Part shown: in pieces, positions 12,667 through 15,870 of the stretch
How positions within the stretch are numbered: position 1 is the first letter of the stretch
Layout: each line of letters begins with the position of its first letter
From: Candidatus Auribacterota bacterium
GTDB lineage: Bacteria > Auribacterota > UBA6266
DNA: 15,870 nt
Reading direction: 5' to 3'
NCBI GenBank assembly: GCA_023136205.1
Contig: JAGLRQ010000047.1
Location: 1 to 15,870 of the forward strand
Program-made: the position numbers and the translations under genes
Notes under the pieces: generated by a model
What the model was told of the DNA's origin: nothing
Database searches by the model: none
Seen by the model: only the letters and a program-made list of their open reading frames with translations

Positions 12667-14472
12667 TCAAGCATACTCTTTAATTATTTCCATTGCCTCT
12701 GATTCATCTTTAGCGCGCCTGAGTCTTGTCCTCACATCCTGAGCAGCAAGCAGTTTCGCTATCGCCGCAAGAATCTGAAGATGCTGTTCGGGGCTTTTAC
12801 TAGGAGAAATAACCATAAAAATTATATTAACCCGAAGATCTCCCATTCCCCCAAAAACAATTCCCTCATCATCGGGTAACAGTCCTAAAGCAACAGCCGG
12901 TTTTGAAATATTTGGAATGCGGCCGTGAAGTATGGCAATTCCATCCCCCAGCGCCGTTCCTCCCTGCCTTTCCCTCTCAAGAATTATTTCAAGAACTTCA
13001 CCTGGGTTTTCAATATATCCGGTTGTCTTAAGGGCCCGGATAAGTTCCCAAATAGCTTCCCCTTTTGATTTTGCTTTAAGAGGAACTTTTACACAGTCGG
13101 GATTAAGAACGCTGGCTACGCTCAACTTTTCTTTTTCAAGCTTATCTCTTATAATTTCTTCTTCCCCGATTAATTCTCCGCCTCCGGTACTCCATGATCT
13201 CCATTTCATAAGCGTTCTTTCAGAAGCAAGAACACCAATTATTTCAAAGATAATAAGTGCCGGAAGGATAATACTCAAAACCGCTTCTCCATCTTTTCCA
13301 AGGACCGTTGCCACAAAATAAGCTTCAACCGCGGCAACCCCTGCTTGAGGAAGCATCAGTTTCGGCAAACACTGTGTAAACCTTTTCTCCTGCCGCGTCA
13401 TTTTACAGCCAAGCCACGTCCCGCCAATCTTCCCCAAACCCCTCGTTGCGATATAAGCACCTACGAACAAAAAGTTCTCCGGATGGAAGGATTCAATTTT
13501 GGCATTAGCTCCAATAAGGGCAAAAAAAACTAATGTATACATTGAAGTCGCGTTCTCCACCCTCAAGGATTTAAATACCTCGGAGGAGTAAAAATTAGCA
13601 ATAAATACCCCTGCCGCGATAGCGGTTATCAGAAAGGGAAGATGCCAGTGAAGGGCAAGCCCAACTCCAAGAGAAACACAACCTGCCACAATTATAAAGA
13701 TTTCAACTGAAGGGCCCGGCATCTCGGAAATAAGCCTTGATAAAAACTCCGGGCCTAGAGTCGCATCAACACTGCCGTTTCCATTTTTGGGCCTCAGCCA
13801 CTTGCGCTCTACTGTAAGACGCAAAGCTGCAAAAACGCCCAGGCCAAGAAGAACCGCGAATATAAAGCTTTTGGCAGCAGGAAAGAAAATACCCTCAATA
13901 GAAATCTCACTATGATTGCCAAGCAAAAGAGCCACCTGGCACACCACGGAAAATATAATTACTTCTATCACATCATCGAGGACAACTATTCCCCCCAGCA
14001 TATTTCTCATCTTTCCCGTAATTTCAAGCTTGTTCATTATTACAAATGTAACCGCGGGTGCGGTTGCGATACCAATACTCCCGATTATAAAAGCAACTAT
14101 CGGCTTAAAACCTAAAAGGAGAAAAGTTCCTGTAATAAGAACCCACGTTGCAAGCGCCTGGACAAAACAGATAACAAGAGCGCCGTTTCCGATTTTCCTA
14201 AGTTTTTTGAAGCTGAGTTCATCACCTATTCCAAACACAATTATACTCAAAAAAACAAATGTGAGAAAATGAAGGGAATTAATTGCCTCCCTGTAAGCGG
14301 GAATTTCATGTTCAAGTAAAAAAAGAAGCCCCGGGCCAACAACTAATCCGCCCAGAACCTGGCCAACGACTTCACCAACACGCAGCCGCCTGGTTATCTT
14401 GCCGCCAAAATGAGCCGCCAGAACCAGAAGGCCAAGGGAAAGTATTTGCATATAAAAAACTTCAAAACGCAT
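12667..14472 (-). CDS. CPA2-type cation/H+ antiporter (Na_H_Exchanger domain) fused to a C-terminal PTS EIIA-2 (PtsN/EIIA-Ntr-like) domain
   Basis: 601 aa. Residues 1-420 form about 12 TM helices with a Kef/NapA-like N-terminus (LAAHFGGKITRRLRVGEVVGQVLGGLVVGP). Residues about 452-598 match EIIA-2: PLKAKSKGEAIWELI..., ERERQGGTALGDGIAILHGR (His516 codon at 12925..12927), and NIIFMVISP...HLQILAAIAKLL. ATG 14472 has GAGGAG 5 nt upstream. Confidence 0.85.
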   Translation of the reverse strand: MRFEVFYMQILSLGLLVLAAHFGGKITRRLRVGEVVGQVLGGLVVGPGLLFLLEHEIPAYREAINSLHFLTFVFLSIIVFGIGDELSFKKLRKIGNGALVICFVQALATWVLITGTFLLLGFKPIVAFIIGSIGIATAPAVTFVIMNKLEITGKMRNMLGGIVVLDDVIEVIIFSVVCQVALLLGNHSEISIEGIFFPAAKSFIFAVLLGLGVFAALRLTVERKWLRPKNGNGSVDATLGPEFLSRLISEMPGPSVEIFIIVAGCVSLGVGLALHWHLPFLITAIAAGVFIANFYSSEVFKSLRVENATSMYTLVFFALIGANAKIESFHPENFLFVGAYIATRGLGKIGGTWLGCKMTRQEKRFTQCLPKLMLPQAGVAAVEAYFVATVLGKDGEAVLSIILPALIIFEIIGVLASERTLMKWRSWSTGGGELIGEEEIIRDKLEKEKLSVASVLNPDCVKVPLKAKSKGEAIWELIRALKTTGYIENPGEVLEIILERERQGGTALGDGIAILHGRIPNISKPAVALGLLPDDEGIVFGGMGDLRVNIIFMVISPSKSPEQHLQILAAIAKLLAAQDVRTRLRRAKDESEAMEIIKEYA

Positions 14473-14489
14473 TATAACTCCTCAGTAAC

Positions 14490-15206
14490 TCAATCTTCTC
14501 CATGCACCATTGGTACAAATCTTACAGGAAGAAGGCCCTTCTTTTCAATTTTTCCGTCCTTTTTTGAAACTCGATATAATTCCTGGAAAAAAGAACCAAC
14601 GGGAATTATCATCCTACCACCTTCTTTTAACTGTTTAACAAGTTCTTCAGGAATTTCACTTGGGGCAGCAGTGACAATAATTACATCAAAAGGAGCCTCT
14701 TCCGGCCATCCCTTATATCCATCTCCACACAACACATAAATATTTTTATAACCAAGCTTTTTGAGCCTTTGCTTTGCTGATCTTGCAAGAGGCCCAAGAA
14801 TTTCAATCGTATAAACTCTATCAACAATTTCAGTGAGAACAGCTGCCTGGTATCCGGAACCTGTTCCAACTTCCAAAACTTTATCAGACAATTTTAGTCC
14901 GGCCGCCTCGGTCATAAAGGCTACTATATAGGGTTGAGAAATTGTCTGGGAATATCCTATTGGCAATGGTTGGTCTCTGTATGCATATTTTTCATATTCT
15001 TTAGGAACAAAAAGGTGGCGTTTAACCTTGAGCATTGCATTAATAACTTTTTCATCTTTTATACCACGGGAAATTATCTGGCTGTTGACCATATTTTCCC
15101 GCAGGCCTTCATAATCCTCCGCGGCAACACCACAGGAACTAAAAAGCAACAATACGATAACAGTTACAAAAACACTTTTCAACTTATATCCTAATTTGTT
15201 TCGCAT
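14490..15206 (-). CDS. pcm: Protein-L-isoaspartate O-methyltransferase with an N-terminal signal / lipoprotein-like peptide
   Basis: 238 aa. Pcm blocks: IGYSQTISQPYIVAFMTE, the SAM motif VLEVGTGSGYQAAVL, and FDVIIVTAAPSEIPEELVKQLKEGGRMIIPVG. The N-terminal 30 aa MRNKLGYKLKSVFVTVIVLLLFSSCGVAA form an n-region, an h-region and a Cys/AxA site. The stop lies 17 nt before the antiporter start, so the two are probably co-transcribed. Confidence 0.9.
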   Translation of the reverse strand: MRNKLGYKLKSVFVTVIVLLLFSSCGVAAEDYEGLRENMVNSQIISRGIKDEKVINAMLKVKRHLFVPKEYEKYAYRDQPLPIGYSQTISQPYIVAFMTEAAGLKLSDKVLEVGTGSGYQAAVLTEIVDRVYTIEILGPLARSAKQRLKKLGYKNIYVLCGDGYKGWPEEAPFDVIIVTAAPSEIPEELVKQLKEGGRMIIPVGSFFQELYRVSKKDGKIEKKGLLPVRFVPMVHGED

Positions 15207-15257
15207 ATAGCCCCCTCGGGGGAGACTACGCTACGCACTATTTCGTGATTTGCTGGT

Positions 15258-15266
15258 ATTCTACCA
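15258..15266 (-). promoter_or_regulatory. Candidate extended -10 promoter element for pcm
   Basis: On the minus strand: TGgTAGAAT (complement of 15258..15266), about 50 nt upstream of ATG 15206. The -35 (TTAATT at 17-nt spacing) is weak. Motif match only. Confidence 0.3.
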
Positions 15267-15292
15267 CATTTTGACTTTTCAATTAAAAGAAC

Positions 15293-15321
15293 TTTAAAGA
15301 TATTTACATCCACGTTATAAT
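15293..15321 (+). promoter_or_regulatory. Candidate promoter for the downstream glycosyltransferase gene
   Basis: TTTAAA (15293..15298), a 17-nt spacer, then TATAAT (15316..15321). SD GGGAGG at 15348..15353 and ATG at 15359 follow. Confidence 0.35.
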
Positions 15322-15358
15322 AAATAGGAATTTTCATTCACACTAAAGGGAGGCACAA

Positions 15359-15870
15359 ATGATATTCAAAGAAGTTAATCCTAAAAATGTAACAAAGGCA
15401 GCGATCGTTACCGGGCTGGCATCTTACAATGAGGCCGATAACATTTCCTATCCGACAGAACAATTGAGCCTTGGGCTCAAAAAACACTATCCGGAAAAAT
15501 CAGGCGTTATCATAAACGGTGACAACCATTCACCTGACGGCACCGAAAATGCTTTTCTCTCAAGCAAAACTGAAGTCCCCAAAATATATCTTACAACACC
15601 GCCTGACACCCCCGGGAAAGGATACAATTTCGAAAACATATTCAATAAAGCGATAGAACTCGACGCGGAGGCCGTTGTCTGTGTTGACGCGGATTTAAAA
15701 AGCATCACCCCTGAATGGGTCCATTACTTCCTGAAACCCATTTATGAAGGATATGATTATGTAACTCCGCTTTACGCGCGGCACAAGTATGACGGAACTA
15801 TTACCAATAACATCTGTTATCCTTTGATTTACGGACTTTTCGGAATAGATCTCAGGCAGCCAATCGGCGG
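15359..15870 (+). CDS. GT-A fold glycosyltransferase resembling mannosylglycerate / glucosylglycerate synthase (GT78-like); N-terminal 170 aa, and the 3' end lies outside the window
   Basis: Absent from the ORF track (no stop within the window). My translation is MIFKEVNPKNVTKAAIVTGLASYNEADNI...PGKGYNFENIFNKAIELDAEAVVCVDADLKSITPEWVHYFLKPIYEGYDYVTPLYARHKYDGTITNNICYPLIYGLFGIDLRQPIGG. The blocks PGKG, DADxxSxxPxW, GYxxVxxxYxR...D..IT and QPxGG line up with the Rhodothermus mannosylglycerate synthase sequence as I recall it. Confidence 0.65.
   Translation, partial: MIFKEVNPKNVTKAAIVTGLASYNEADNISYPTEQLSLGLKKHYPEKSGVIINGDNHSPDGTENAFLSSKTEVPKIYLTTPPDTPGKGYNFENIFNKAIELDAEAVVCVDADLKSITPEWVHYFLKPIYEGYDYVTPLYARHKYDGTITNNICYPLIYGLFGIDLRQPIG

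Noticed and set aside
15211-15222. CCCCCTCGGGGG palindrome as a regulatory hairpin or terminator.
   Set aside because: It gives only a 4-bp stem with a tetraloop, and it coincides with the pcm SD. It is too small to call on its own and is noted under the pcm finding.

Overview
AT-rich bacterial chromosomal window with 15 complete CDSs, 2 CDSs truncated by the window edges, and 2 convergent tRNAs. There is no CRISPR array, rRNA, transposase or integrase. All calls come from reading the translations and DNA motifs by eye; no searches were run.

Gene order:
- (a) Minus-strand run 1651->1: RseC-family membrane protein, MTA phosphorylase (mtnP), and the N-terminus of a DhnA-type class I aldolase.
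- (b) Divergent plus-strand pair 1744-4603: a 563-aa polytopic membrane protein, followed by an AmmeMemoRadiSam-type radical SAM enzyme (AmrS). The membrane protein fuses a DsbD_2/TauE-like Cys-containing domain, an FMN_bind domain and a NosR/NapH/PceC-like CX3CP domain. AmrS carries an extra N-terminal hydrophobic segment, and no AMMECR1 or Memo partner is present in the window.
- (c) An imperfect inverted-repeat element, then tRNA-Thr(CGU) (+) and tRNA-Phe(GAA) (-).
- (d) A TerB-like protein and a Glf/amine-oxidase-like flavoprotein.
- (e) A tightly coupled minus-strand five-gene Arn/Lgm-like operon: Gfo/Idh/MocA oxidoreductase, DegT aminotransferase, polyprenyl-phosphate GT2, LAB_N small membrane protein, ArnT/PMT_2 GT-C.
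- (f) A single-domain PilZ protein and a small basic secreted protein with a near-consensus promoter.
- (g) A minus-strand pair: Pcm carrying an export signal, then a CPA2 cation/H+ antiporter fused to a PtsN-like EIIA domain.
- (h) The start of a mannosylglycerate-synthase-like GT-A glycosyltransferase.

The most promising candidate for an undescribed system is the RseC / FMN-CX3CP membrane protein / membrane-tethered orphan AmrS module. It includes an A8 tract at the gene junction where loss of one nucleotide would fuse the two ORFs.
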